This document shows positions 20,267 to 29,896 of a DNA stretch of 64,000 bases, one piece after another; the stretch's first letter is position 1; every line of letters starts with the position of its first letter. The stretch lies in contig JANMMS010000092.1 in assembly GCA_031373525.1 (NCBI GenBank), positions 4,542 to 68,541 of the forward strand, in the 5' to 3' direction. The translations under genes and the position numbers were made by a program. The notes beneath the pieces were generated by a model, which did no database searches, had not been told where the DNA came from, and saw only the letters and a program-made list of their open reading frames with translations. This stretch comes from Ferruginibacter sp. GTDB taxonomy: Bacteria; Bacteroidota; Bacteroidia; Chitinophagales; Chitinophagaceae.

Positions 20267-20554
20267 TCAAGTCTTCAACACATCTTTAAATGTTTCATGC
20301 TTATTTTCAAAAACTGATCTTGCAAAAGGGCAAATGGGTAATATCTTATAATTATGGGCTCTGGCAAATGCAACTGCATGATCCAGAAAAAGGTTACCGA
20401 CATTTTTACCTTTTAATACCTGATCCACTTCAGTATGATCAATGATCATAATATCCTGCCCTGATATGGAGTAAGTCATTTCTGCTAATTGTAATTCGCC
20501 CTCAGCTACAAAAAATGATCCATTAGGATATTCATCTTTATGTTGTATTAGCAT
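20267..20554 (-). CDS. Small GNAT-like N-acetyltransferase (YjdJ type)
   Basis: 95 aa. The pattern ...IIDHTEVDQVLKGKNVGNLFLDHAVAFARAHNYKILPICPFA... fits the single-domain GNAT family. Confidence 0.6.
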   Translation of the reverse strand: MLIQHKDEYPNGSFFVAEGELQLAEMTYSISGQDIMIIDHTEVDQVLKGKNVGNLFLDHAVAFARAHNYKILPICPFARSVFENKHETFKDVLKT

Positions 20555-20757
20555 AGCTGATAATTTAATTGAATGTACAAAATAAAACCGTTTATTGGTT
20601 TACTTTGGTGCAACATTATGGCATGAAGTTTTAGGAAACTTTTTGAAAAATAATTTTGCACATATGGCTTACCCAGTTCATCATGCTGCCAAATTGCAGG
20701 AAACTACCGATATTCACATAAATACATCATTTAGCAAATAAGATAAATAAACAACAA

Positions 20758-21330
20758 GTGTCGAAAATATTGATATTTGATAATTACGATTCATTTACAT
20801 ATAACCTGGTTCACCTGGTTGAAAAGATCCGGCATACCAAAGTAGATGTTTTTCGCAATGATGAAATTTCTATTGAGGAAGTGAATAAGTACGATAAGAT
20901 CATTTTATCTCCGGGTCCGGGTATTCCTAAGGAAGCAGGCATGTTGTTGCAATTGATCAGTGAATACGCCGCTTTTAAATCCATATTGGGTGTTTGTTTG
21001 GGGCACCAGGCAATCGGAGAGTCATTTGGTGCAACACTTTTAAACTTAGATAAAGTATATCATGGAGTTGCAACTCCAATAAAAATATTGGATACCAATG
21101 ATCCATTATATGATGGCTTGGGTTCAACGATTGATGTTGGCAGATATCATAGCTGGGTTGTTTCATCTATCGGCCTGCCCAAAGTATTGGAAATAACCGC
21201 ATTAGACGATAATAATTATATTATGGGATTAAAGCATAAAAATTTTGATGTACAGGGAGTTCAGTTTCATCCGGAAAGTATTTTATCAGCATGTGGGGAA
21301 ACGATCATAAAAAACTGGTTAAAAAGTTGA
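20758..21330 (+). CDS. trpG: Glutamine amidotransferase component of anthranilate (or aminodeoxychorismate) synthase
   Basis: ILIFDNYDSFTYNLVHL, catalytic GVCLGHQAIG and ...GVQFHPES. GTG start. TrpG versus PabA cannot be separated from sequence alone. Confidence 0.8.
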   Translation: MSKILIFDNYDSFTYNLVHLVEKIRHTKVDVFRNDEISIEEVNKYDKIILSPGPGIPKEAGMLLQLISEYAAFKSILGVCLGHQAIGESFGATLLNLDKVYHGVATPIKILDTNDPLYDGLGSTIDVGRYHSWVVSSIGLPKVLEITALDDNNYIMGLKHKNFDVQGVQFHPESILSACGETIIKNWLKS

Positions 21331-21513
21331 TGTGTTTATATGATAATGCTTTATTTCATCACTAAATTTTTATAAAAACAACAGGATAAAGGCTCGGTAA
21401 TCATTAACTTTGCAAAATTATTTTTTAACTGAATTACATATTAACCTGCTGGGATAACAAAAGAACCAGGGGATAATTAGAACGGGGATTAGCCTCAAAC
21501 AAAAATTTACCTT

Positions 21514-22143
21514 ATGAATATTAAAGTTTGTGGTATTACTACAATGAAACAGTTGCAACAATTAGATGGACTTGATGTTGATTTTGCCGGACTCATTTTT
21601 TCAAAACATTCTCTACGTTATGCAGGCGATAAAATATCGGGAAAGGAACTTATTGATGCCGACCTTGATATTAAAAAAGTGGGTATTTTTGTTAATGCGG
21701 AATTAGATGAGATCATGGAAACTGTTGAAAAATTTGGCCTTGATATTGTACAACTTCATGGAGATGAATCTCCACATTTATGCCAACAGGTTTCAAATGA
21801 AATAGAAACGATCAAGACTTTCCGGATCGATGATAAGAGTGATAAATTAATTGATTATATGCTCAAAGATTATGATGAAGTATGTGATTATTATTTATTT
21901 GATACGGTATCAAAGAACGGTAATGGGGCTGTTGGACAAAAGTTCGACTGGAAAAAAATAGCAAAAAGCAAGATCGAAAAACCATTTTTTTTAAGCGGAG
22001 GGATTGGGCCTGAAGATGCATTGGTTGTAAAAAAATTCAAGCATCCTGATTATTTCGGGGTAAATATCAATAGTTTGTTTGAAAAAGAACCCGGAATTAA
22101 AGATATGGCTATGATCTTGCAGTTCATACATGGATTAAAATAG
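21514..22143 (+). CDS. trpF: Phosphoribosylanthranilate isomerase
   Basis: MNIKVCGITT...FAGLIFSKHSLRY...VGIFVN...IVQLHGDES is the typical PRAI pattern. Confidence 0.8.
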   Translation: MNIKVCGITTMKQLQQLDGLDVDFAGLIFSKHSLRYAGDKISGKELIDADLDIKKVGIFVNAELDEIMETVEKFGLDIVQLHGDESPHLCQQVSNEIETIKTFRIDDKSDKLIDYMLKDYDEVCDYYLFDTVSKNGNGAVGQKFDWKKIAKSKIEKPFFLSGGIGPEDALVVKKFKHPDYFGVNINSLFEKEPGIKDMAMILQFIHGLK

Positions 22144-22256
22144 TAAGTAAATATTAGATAATAGTTAATGGCCCTATTTGAATAAATCTTGTTAATTATA
22201 TGGTCAATTGTTCAAAAAATGCTGAAAGAATTTTAAATTGCATTTCCTAAATTAAT

Positions 22257-23369
22257 ATGATGAAAAAATTTTTCTTTTTCCTGGCTTTCTTACCCTTGGT
22301 TTGTTTTTCACAGAAAACTGAAAATGCAGGTAAGATAAATGCTGCTTCAGTAAAAAAAGACGTTTCAACGGGTAATTCTGTAAAACCAGCAGATGGCTTT
22401 TTGATCATTGGCAAAATAAATGGTTATCCTGATGGGACTACTGTGGCCTTATTAAATGGAAACTCCGGAGCACAGGAAACAACAGGGGAAATTCAAAAGA
22501 ATAGTTTTAAACTGACCGGGAAAGTAGATTTTCCTGACTTTAAACTGATTCTCATAGATGGCAAGCAGCCTTATATCACTTTATTTATAGATAATAGCCT
22601 GGTTAATATTACCGCAAAAAAGGATTCTTTGGATTATGCAATTGTAACCGGGTCCCCATCTCACAATGAATTTGTTGCTTTAAATAATATTGTTATGCCG
22701 ATTCGTGAATTATTTCAGGAAGGCAATCAAAATACTGCTGCTAAAAATGCAGCTGCAGATTTGTTTGATAATTTTATCAATAAATATCCCAATTCCTATA
22801 TAGCGCCTTTAGCCATTTACAGGCATTATCAGCTTTCGGGCAATGTTGAAAAAATGGAACAACTTTATAACAGGCTGAATCCACAGGTAAAAACCGGCCC
22901 AATAGGAAATTATGTTGCCCAACAGATCAGTATTGCAAAGACCACACCGGTGATAGGCAAACCTCTGCAGGATTTTTCACAGGCAGATGAATCGGGGAAA
23001 ATGATCAGCTTGAGTTCATTCAGAGGAAAATATGTTTTGATAGATTTCTGGGCAAGTTGGTGCAGGCCATGCCGGATGGAAAATCCAACTGTCGTATCAA
23101 CGTATAATAAATACAAAAACAAAAACTATACTGTTCTTGGTGTGTCATTTGATAAAACGAAAGAGCCATGGCTCGAAGCTATAAAAGCAGATGGGCTCAC
23201 TTGGACCCATGTCAGCGATTTACTTGGCTTTAACAATGCCGTTGGCCAGCAATTCAAAATAGGAAGTATTCCTCAAAACTTTTTGATTGATCCAAACGGT
23301 AATTTAATTGGTAAAAACTTACGAGGCCAGGAATTGGAAAATAAACTTGCAAGTTTATTTGGGAACTGA
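22257..23369 (+). CDS. TlpA-family thiol:disulfide oxidoreductase with an N-terminal DUF4369-like domain
   Basis: Signal peptide plus the thioredoxin-fold active site FWASWCRPCR. Confidence 0.85.
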   Translation: MMKKFFFFLAFLPLVCFSQKTENAGKINAASVKKDVSTGNSVKPADGFLIIGKINGYPDGTTVALLNGNSGAQETTGEIQKNSFKLTGKVDFPDFKLILIDGKQPYITLFIDNSLVNITAKKDSLDYAIVTGSPSHNEFVALNNIVMPIRELFQEGNQNTAAKNAAADLFDNFINKYPNSYIAPLAIYRHYQLSGNVEKMEQLYNRLNPQVKTGPIGNYVAQQISIAKTTPVIGKPLQDFSQADESGKMISLSSFRGKYVLIDFWASWCRPCRMENPTVVSTYNKYKNKNYTVLGVSFDKTKEPWLEAIKADGLTWTHVSDLLGFNNAVGQQFKIGSIPQNFLIDPNGNLIGKNLRGQELENKLASLFGN

Positions 23370-23444
23370 TTAATTCATTTGAAGCATGGTATTTGATATT
23401 CCAGTTTACTTGTAATCCCCTTTTTAGGCAGTAAAATTCGAACT

Positions 23445-24170
23445 TTAAACCTCGAACTTCAAACTTCTCTTATACAACTGTACTGTATTTTCCAAACCTA
23501 AATATATTGCATCACATATAAGTGCATGACCAATAGAAACCTCCAGCAAACCTGGAATATGTTGCGAAAAGTATTTCAGGTTATGAAGGTCAAGGTCATG
23601 GCCGGCATTTATTCCTAAATCAAGTTCATTCGCTTTTTCTGCAGCAATTATGAACGGGGCAATTGCTTTTTCTTTATCAGCTTTGAATCCTTTTGCATAG
23701 GATTCAGTATACAATTCGATCCTGTCGGTACCTGTTGCTTTTGATGCCTGGATCATTTCAATATCGGGATCAATAAAAATGGAAACACGGATACCCGCAT
23801 TTTTAAAAACGGCAATGATGTTTTTTAAAAAATCAGCATGTTCAATAGTATTCCATCCATGATTGCTGGTGAGTTGTCCCAATACATCAGGTACCAGTGT
23901 TACCTGTGTTGGTTTATTGGCAAGTACAAGCTCAACAAATGTTGCTTCTGTAGGATTTCCTTCTATATTGAATTCTGTAGTAATTATTTTTTTCAGATCA
24001 TATACATCCCGGTAACGGATATGTCTTTCATCAGGACGGGGATGAACGGTGATACCATTTGCGCCAAATCGTTCAATGTCTTTTGCAGCATTTACAAGAT
24101 CCGGATTATTGCCTCCACGTGAATTACGCAGGGTGGCCAACTTATTTATATTAACAGATAATTTGGTCAT
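23445..24170 (-). CDS. pdxJ: Pyridoxine 5'-phosphate synthase
   Basis: MTKLSVNINKLATLRNSRGGNNPD...ITVHPRPDERHI...GHDL. The last 7 codons (RSLKFEV) lie inside a gtttgaRg repeat. Confidence 0.9.
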   Translation of the reverse strand: MTKLSVNINKLATLRNSRGGNNPDLVNAAKDIERFGANGITVHPRPDERHIRYRDVYDLKKIITTEFNIEGNPTEATFVELVLANKPTQVTLVPDVLGQLTSNHGWNTIEHADFLKNIIAVFKNAGIRVSIFIDPDIEMIQASKATGTDRIELYTESYAKGFKADKEKAIAPFIIAAEKANELDLGINAGHDLDLHNLKYFSQHIPGLLEVSIGHALICDAIYLGLENTVQLYKRSLKFEV

Positions 24171-24287
24171 GCTTTTTTTTGTTTAGAACAAAGATGCAAA
24201 GGAAATACTAACATACAAAGAAAGAATACATTTGGTGAAGGAATTAAGAATTTATTCTCAATCAGTCTTGCACTGTTATAAAGAAGA

Positions 24288-25010
24288 TCAGTTGCTTTCT
24301 AATAGATCCCTGATAACAACAGATGAAACAACTGCACCAAAAGTTGCAGGAAGATATGAGATGGTTCCGTATGCTGATTTTTTATAATTGTTGCCATCCG
24401 TCATCATAAGGCTTTCCTTGATGGGTTCTTCGGGAGAAAATACAACTTTGATGCCTTTGTAAATGCCGTGTGTTTTCAACATTTTCCTGATCTGTTGTGC
24501 AAATGGGCAGATCATCGTTTTGGAAATGTCTGCTACTTTTAATTGAGTAGGATCAAGCTTGCCTCCTGCACCCATACTGCTTACTATGCGTAATTTTTTT
24601 TCAAAAGCCATTTTCATGAATGTGATCTTAGGAGTGATGCTGTCAATCGCATCAACGATATAATCAGGATTACTTTGTAAAAGTTGCTCCACCATTTCGG
24701 GGTTTATAAATTCTTTAATAACGGTCAGTTTGAGTTCTGGGTTAATAGCTAATAATCTTTCTGCCATAATATCAGCTTTGGATATACCATGATTGGTAGA
24801 TAATGCAGGTAACTGCCGGTTACGGTTAGTTGGGTCTACCACATCACCATCAATGATCGTGATCTTGCCAATGCCGCTGCGACAAATGAATTCAGCGGCA
24901 AAGGAGCCCACGCCACCCATTCCTACAATCATTATATGCGATTGTGTGAGTTTGTTCAGTTTTTCTTCGCCAATCAATAATTCTGTTCTGCTTAACCAGG
25001 AAGTATCCAT
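24288..25010 (-). CDS. tcdA: tRNA threonylcarbamoyladenosine dehydratase (ThiF/E1-like)
   Basis: IMIVGMGGVGSFAAEFICRSGIGKITIIDGDVVDPTNRNRQ is an E1-like nucleotide-binding fold typical of TcdA/CsdL. Confidence 0.8.
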   Translation of the reverse strand: MDTSWLSRTELLIGEEKLNKLTQSHIMIVGMGGVGSFAAEFICRSGIGKITIIDGDVVDPTNRNRQLPALSTNHGISKADIMAERLLAINPELKLTVIKEFINPEMVEQLLQSNPDYIVDAIDSITPKITFMKMAFEKKLRIVSSMGAGGKLDPTQLKVADISKTMICPFAQQIRKMLKTHGIYKGIKVVFSPEEPIKESLMMTDGNNYKKSAYGTISYLPATFGAVVSSVVIRDLLESN

Positions 25011-25020
25011 TTTTATTATA

Positions 25021-25668
25021 TTATAGTTTTATATTAAAAACTGTGCTTACATTTTTATTTAGCTGCCTGCTTAATTCGTCTATTGATATGTTCTTTATTG
25101 CAGCAGCTTGTTTGAAAATTTCTTCAATCCTGATAACACTATCATCTGTTTCCAAAAAGATCTTTTCAAGAGGCAGTACTGCAAAGACCGCTGCAATTTT
25201 TTCCTGGAAAAGTGCTTTGCCGAAGCAGAGCCAATGTCCATTCAAAAGGATCTTTGCTGCAATCGTTTCATTTTTATTGAATCCGTGAAATATGACCGGT
25301 ACTTTATTGTTGCATTTTTTCAGGATGGATAAAACCTCTTTATAAGCCCGTACACAATGAATGATCAATGGTTTTTTTATTTCATTGGCCCAACATACCT
25401 GTGCTGTAAAAACCTGTTGCTGCAATTGGAGATCAGTATCACAGGCTTTATCCAGCCCGCATTCACCAATGGCCAGTACCGTATCACTTTTACTGAATTG
25501 TTCGATCGTTTTTAAAGCCTGCATCCAGCTACCTGTATTAATGTGCCAGGGATGTAGTCCGATAGAATAATGGCCGTCTTTTTTTGTCTCTTCAAAATTG
25601 TCATACAGATTTTGAATGACCCATGCACCCTTAACCTCCGGCTTGTGGCTGTGAATATTCGTGAACAA
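25021..25668 (-). CDS. TatD-family metal-dependent hydrolase
   Basis: NIHSHK..., AIGECGLD, IIHCVRA and ETD motifs. Confidence 0.75.
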   Translation of the reverse strand: MFTNIHSHKPEVKGAWVIQNLYDNFEETKKDGHYSIGLHPWHINTGSWMQALKTIEQFSKSDTVLAIGECGLDKACDTDLQLQQQVFTAQVCWANEIKKPLIIHCVRAYKEVLSILKKCNNKVPVIFHGFNKNETIAAKILLNGHWLCFGKALFQEKIAAVFAVLPLEKIFLETDDSVIRIEEIFKQAAAIKNISIDELSRQLNKNVSTVFNIKL

Positions 25669-25711
25669 TTTTTTTATGCAAACTACAAATAAGTAAGTTA
25701 AATAAGATCAT

Positions 25712-25738
25712 AAAAAAACCCACTTCAAAAGAAGTGGG
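25712..25738 (-). terminator. Rho-independent terminator of ahcY
   Basis: cccacttc-aaaa-gaagtggg: an 8-bp stem followed, on the minus strand, by T7. Confidence 0.8.
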
Positions 25739-25780
25739 CCTTATGCATGAGGCTAATAGCTAAATGCTAACAGCTGTATC

Positions 25781-27109
25781 TTAGTACCTGTACATTTCAG
25801 CTTTAAACGGACCTTCTTTTGGTACGCCTAAGTAAGCAGACTGTTCAGTTGTTAATTCTTCCAGTACCACACCGATCTTAGCCAGGTGTAAACGGGCAAC
25901 TTTTTCATCCAGGTGCTTTGGCAACACGTAAACTTTGTTTTCGTATTTATCAGTGTTTGTCCAAAGTTCAATCTGGGCAAGTGTTTGGTTTGTAAATGAA
26001 TTACTCATTACAAAACTCGGGTGGCCTGTAGCACATCCTAAGTTTACCAAACGTCCTTCAGCTAAAATGATCACATGTTTACCATTGATGGTATACAGGT
26101 CAACCTGTGGCTTGATGGTATTTTTTGTACTGCCATGTGTATCGTTTAACCATGCCATGTCGATCTCAATATCAAAGTGGCCGATATTACAAACAATAGC
26201 CTTGTCTTTCATTGCTTCAAAATGTTTTGAAGTGATCAGATCACGACAACCACTAGCTGTAACAATAATGTCAGCTTCTTTTACTGCATCGATCATTTTC
26301 TTAACTTCAAAACCGTCCATAGCTGCTTGTAAAGCACAGATAGGATCTATCTCGGTAACAATTACCCTTGCACCTGCACCACGTAAACTTTCTGCAGATC
26401 CTTTTCCAACATCACCATAACCGCCAACAACAGCAACTTTACCGGCCATCATAACATCTGTAGCGCGACGGATAGAATCAACCAGGCTTTCTTTGCAACC
26501 GTATTTGTTGTCGAATTTAGATTTGGTAACTGAATCATTTACATTGATAGCAGGAATAGGCAATGTGCCGTTTTGCATGCGCTCATATAAACGATGAACA
26601 CCTGTAGTGGTTTCTTCGCTTAGTCCTTTCAGATTACCAATCAGCTCAGGGTACTTATCAAAAACGATATTGGTAAGATCACCGCCATCGTCGAGGATCA
26701 TATTCAAAGGCTTGTCTGCGCTTCCAAAGAACAAAGTTTGTTCAATACACCAGTCAGCTTCTTCCTGTGTTTGGCCTTTCCAGGCGTAAACACCGATACC
26801 TTCAGCAGCAATAGCAGCAGCAGCCTGGTCCTGGGTAGAAAAAATGTTGCAAGAGCTCCATTTAACTTCTGCTCCCAATGCGATCAGTGTTTCAATTAGA
26901 ACAGCAGTTTGAATGGTCATGTGCAGGCAACCTGCAATACGTGCACCTTTCAAAGGCTGGCTTGCGCCATACTCAGCCCTCAGGCTCATCAGGCCGGGCA
27001 TTTCTGCTTCAGCTAACATTATTTCTTTACGGCCCCATGCAGCGAGGCTCATATCCTTAACCTTGTAAGCAAGGCTGAAATCAATTCCTTTTTCTGTAAT
27101 AGTTGACAT
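25781..27109 (-). CDS. ahcY: Adenosylhomocysteinase
   Basis: [26 protein letters not shown]..., the NAD site [11 protein letters not shown], and C-terminal ...[10 protein letters not shown]. The start is taken at MSTITEKG. Confidence 0.95.
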   Translation of the reverse strand: MSTITEKGIDFSLAYKVKDMSLAAWGRKEIMLAEAEMPGLMSLRAEYGASQPLKGARIAGCLHMTIQTAVLIETLIALGAEVKWSSCNIFSTQDQAAAAIAAEGIGVYAWKGQTQEEADWCIEQTLFFGSADKPLNMILDDGGDLTNIVFDKYPELIGNLKGLSEETTTGVHRLYERMQNGTLPIPAINVNDSVTKSKFDNKYGCKESLVDSIRRATDVMMAGKVAVVGGYGDVGKGSAESLRGAGARVIVTEIDPICALQAAMDGFEVKKMIDAVKEADIIVTASGCRDLITSKHFEAMKDKAIVCNIGHFDIEIDMAWLNDTHGSTKNTIKPQVDLYTINGKHVIILAEGRLVNLGCATGHPSFVMSNSFTNQTLAQIELWTNTDKYENKVYVLPKHLDEKVARLHLAKIGVVLEELTTEQSAYLGVPKEGPFKAEMYRY

Positions 27110-27196
27110 ATTAATTAGTTTAGAATGCAAACTTACAAATGATAGTGTAATATTCTATGTATTTATTAATATTTGGAATAAAAGTATAAAATATGT

Positions 27197-27204
27197 TATA
27201 TTTG
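27197..27204 (+). promoter_or_regulatory. Bacteroidota -7 box TAnnTTTG upstream of the Lrp gene
   Basis: TATATTTG lies 20 nt upstream of the ATG at 27224. Confidence 0.4.
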
Positions 27205-27223
27205 TAGAATAAATTAACTGTTC

Positions 27224-27727
27224 ATGATAAAAAAGGACATTCAAAAAGAACAAACAACTACCATCCCGGTTTCATTGGATAAAAATGACCTGGCCATATT
27301 GAAACTTTTACAGGAAAATGCACGTATTACCGTAAAAGAAATATCTGCAAAGATCCACCTTAGTACCACACCGGTTCATGAACGTATTAAACGGCTGGAA
27401 CAAAATGGAGTGATCAAACAATATATTACCCTGGTAGATCAGCATAAGGTTAACCTGGGTTTGATGGTGATCTGTTATGTGTCCATAAAAGAACACAGCA
27501 AAACAGCAGGGGTTAAATTTATTAAGACGATCAATGAATTGCATGAAGTAAAGGAATGTTACAGCATTAGTGGTGAATTTGATTTTATGCTGAAAGTGAT
27601 TTGCCGTGATATGAATGCCTATTATGATTTTCATGTGAACAAACTCAGCCAGCAGGAAAATATGGGAAATGTGCAAAGTGTGTTTGTAATGGGGGTCATA
27701 AAGGAAACACAACAGCTGATATATTGA
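27224..27727 (+). CDS. Lrp/AsnC-family transcriptional regulator
   Basis: LDKNDLAILKLLQENARITVKEISAKIHLSTTPVHERIKRLEQNGVIKQY (HTH) plus a C-terminal RAM domain. Divergent from ahcY. Confidence 0.9.
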   Translation: MIKKDIQKEQTTTIPVSLDKNDLAILKLLQENARITVKEISAKIHLSTTPVHERIKRLEQNGVIKQYITLVDQHKVNLGLMVICYVSIKEHSKTAGVKFIKTINELHEVKECYSISGEFDFMLKVICRDMNAYYDFHVNKLSQQENMGNVQSVFVMGVIKETQQLIY

Positions 27728-27863
27728 TTCTCCAAAAAGTGGAAGTATAAATGTTTAATTTATATTAATATTATCAGTCACATACTTTCGTAAATGAAAA
27801 TTCACTATTTTTCATCATCAATTATTCATCTAATTTCATTGAAGCTTATTTAAAATTAATGTC

Positions 27864-28595
27864 ATGAAAAATTCATTGGGGGTTTTCATTGGTTCGATTG
27901 CGCTGATCATTGCTTTCTTTTTAATTGGAAATGCTTATAAATATAAGTTCAGGGCTACAGAGAATATCAGTGTAACCGGTTCTGCTGAGAAAGATTTTGT
28001 AAGCGACCAGATTGTCTGGAAAGGAAACTATACCCGTAAAATGATGGATTTAAAAAGCGCTTATGCCTTACTGAAACAAGATGAACTGAGTATTAAAAAT
28101 TACCTGAAAGGGAAAGAGATATCCGACGCCGAAATGGTGTTTTCTGCCATCAGTATCGATAAAGAATTTAATACACGTTTTGATGAGAATGGCCGGCAGA
28201 TCGGCAATGAGTTTACGGGTTATAATTTAAAACAAACCGTTACAGTTGATTCAAAGAATATTGAAAAGGTAGAAAAAATATCCAGGCAGATCACCGAGTT
28301 GATCGAAGCCGGAATAGAATTCAATTCATCTGCACCTTCCTATTATTATACCAAACTTTCTGAATTGAAAATAGACCTTTTGGCAAAAGCCAGTGCCGAT
28401 GCAAAATTACGTGCACAAACGATCGCATCCAATACCGGAAGTTCGCTAGGTTCTATACGAAAGGCAGCTATGGGTGTTTTTCAGATCACCGGACAAAACA
28501 GTGATGAAGACTATAGTTATGGAGGTGTGTTCAATACAAGCAGTAAAAATAAAACGGCGAGTATTACTATGAGAGTTGATTTTGCCGCGGATTGA
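27864..28595 (+). CDS. SIMPL-domain (DUF541) periplasmic protein
   Basis: 243 aa with an N-terminal anchor. The pattern ...LRAQTIASNTGSSLGSIRKAAMGVFQI... is typical of SIMPL/26-kDa periplasmic immunogenic proteins. Confidence 0.7.
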   Translation: MKNSLGVFIGSIALIIAFFLIGNAYKYKFRATENISVTGSAEKDFVSDQIVWKGNYTRKMMDLKSAYALLKQDELSIKNYLKGKEISDAEMVFSAISIDKEFNTRFDENGRQIGNEFTGYNLKQTVTVDSKNIEKVEKISRQITELIEAGIEFNSSAPSYYYTKLSELKIDLLAKASADAKLRAQTIASNTGSSLGSIRKAAMGVFQITGQNSDEDYSYGGVFNTSSKNKTASITMRVDFAAD

Positions 28596-28649
28596 TATTT
28601 AATTAAAAGAATTCATCGCAGCTTGGCTGCGGGATGAATAAAATATTTA

Positions 28650-28720
28650 TTGCCACAGATTCGCAGATTGGAAATTTTTTCTATTAAATCTGTGAATCTG
28701 CGGCAATTTGTTTTTTATTT
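28650..28720 (+). terminator. Long-stem rho-independent terminator
   Basis: ttgccacagattcgcagatt (28650-28669) pairs with aatctgtgaatctgcggcaa (28687-28706): 20 positions with one mismatch and one G-U. A tttgttttttattttt run follows. Confidence 0.75.
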
Positions 28721-28775
28721 TTAGATACCTCGAAGCTTGCTGCAAGCTCATTCATTGATTGAAAAATAATTCTCA

Positions 28776-29276
28776 TCATAATTTTAGTTCCATCACATAA
28801 TCATTCATATAATAACCTTCGCCGATATCAATATCTTCTTCTTTTGCGATCGTAAATCCGAAATGATTGTAAAAATGAAGTGCCGGGTTATTTCGGTTAA
28901 CATTAAGTTCTAATATTTTTGCTCCTGCCGGTTTTATTTCATTGATAATATAGTTCAATAAAAACCTGCCGATGCCTTTCTTCTGATGATCAATTAATAC
29001 ATATAATTTATATAAACGGTAAACGGTTTGTTCATACGGGTATTTATTTGAAAAGGATGCAAACCCAATTGCAATATTATTTTCATAAACTATGATAAAC
29101 CGGTGTTTCAGTTCTGATAATTGTTTTCCAAGAGCTTCATCACTATAAATCAGTTCCAGCATATACTTCAACTGGCCGGGGGTGATCATATCTTTATAAG
29201 CAATTGGCCAGATACTGCAAGCCAGGTCTCTTATAAGGCTAATAGCTGGTTTGCCGGCTTTTTTTATTTCCAACAT
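28776..29276 (-). CDS. GNAT-family N-acetyltransferase
   Basis: Acetyl-CoA binding motif DHQKKGIGRFLLNY... 166 aa. Confidence 0.85.
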   Translation of the reverse strand: MLEIKKAGKPAISLIRDLACSIWPIAYKDMITPGQLKYMLELIYSDEALGKQLSELKHRFIIVYENNIAIGFASFSNKYPYEQTVYRLYKLYVLIDHQKKGIGRFLLNYIINEIKPAGAKILELNVNRNNPALHFYNHFGFTIAKEEDIDIGEGYYMNDYVMELKL

Positions 29277-29278
29277 AC

Positions 29279-29764
29279 TTATTGGATAATGATTTTTAAA
29301 CCGGAAGCATACATGACCCTTCCTATTGCATCTTTAGCGATCACATCAAAAAAATACAATTCTTCACCGGATTTAAGTTGTTCCTTTATTTTATCGATCC
29401 ATAAACGGGGAAGAGGAGAAGAAGTAAACCTTTCGGAAACAATGCTGCTTGACGGGCTCACTTTACCCGTTAATTCATCTTCTGTTACTGTTTTCTTTTT
29501 ATAAATAAACTGGTATGAAGAAACACTGTATTCTGCATTTTTGTCATCAACTACTTTAAGTTTTGCAGCAATGATACTTTCCCCGATTACCAATGGAATG
29601 GAAACGGAATCTTTGTAAGTTGTCAGATAAGTATATAATTTAGGAGCTTTAAAATTTTGAGATTTAGTCAGCGGTTTTTTACCGGTATTTTTCTGAGCGT
29701 ATGAAACGGTAATAGAAAAAATGGTCATTGCCAGTAAAAAAGATATTTTTAAGAAAATGCGCAT
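29279..29764 (-). CDS. Secreted protein of unknown function
   Basis: 161 aa with a signal peptide (MRIFLKISFLLAMTIFSITVSYAQ). No family recognised. Confidence 0.5.
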   Translation of the reverse strand: MRIFLKISFLLAMTIFSITVSYAQKNTGKKPLTKSQNFKAPKLYTYLTTYKDSVSIPLVIGESIIAAKLKVVDDKNAEYSVSSYQFIYKKKTVTEDELTGKVSPSSSIVSERFTSSPLPRLWIDKIKEQLKSGEELYFFDVIAKDAIGRVMYASGLKIIIQ

Positions 29765-29896
29765 GGCTTATCAATATTGGTTTGTAATGACGAATCTACA
29801 AAAGATTATTTTCAGGTAAACTATTTTAACTTTTACTATAATATTAATTGGACGTGATCATCCTCCCTCTCTTTGGGAGAGGACCGGGGTGAGGTC

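Noticed and set aside
20555-20757. Trp leader peptide or attenuator upstream of trpG (and 21331-21513 upstream of trpF).
   Set aside because: The small frames read by hand contain no tandem Trp codons, and I found no terminator/antiterminator alternative.
27110-27223. SAH riboswitch upstream of ahcY.
   Set aside because: The leader is short and extremely AT-rich, with no conserved pseudoknot-type helices visible.
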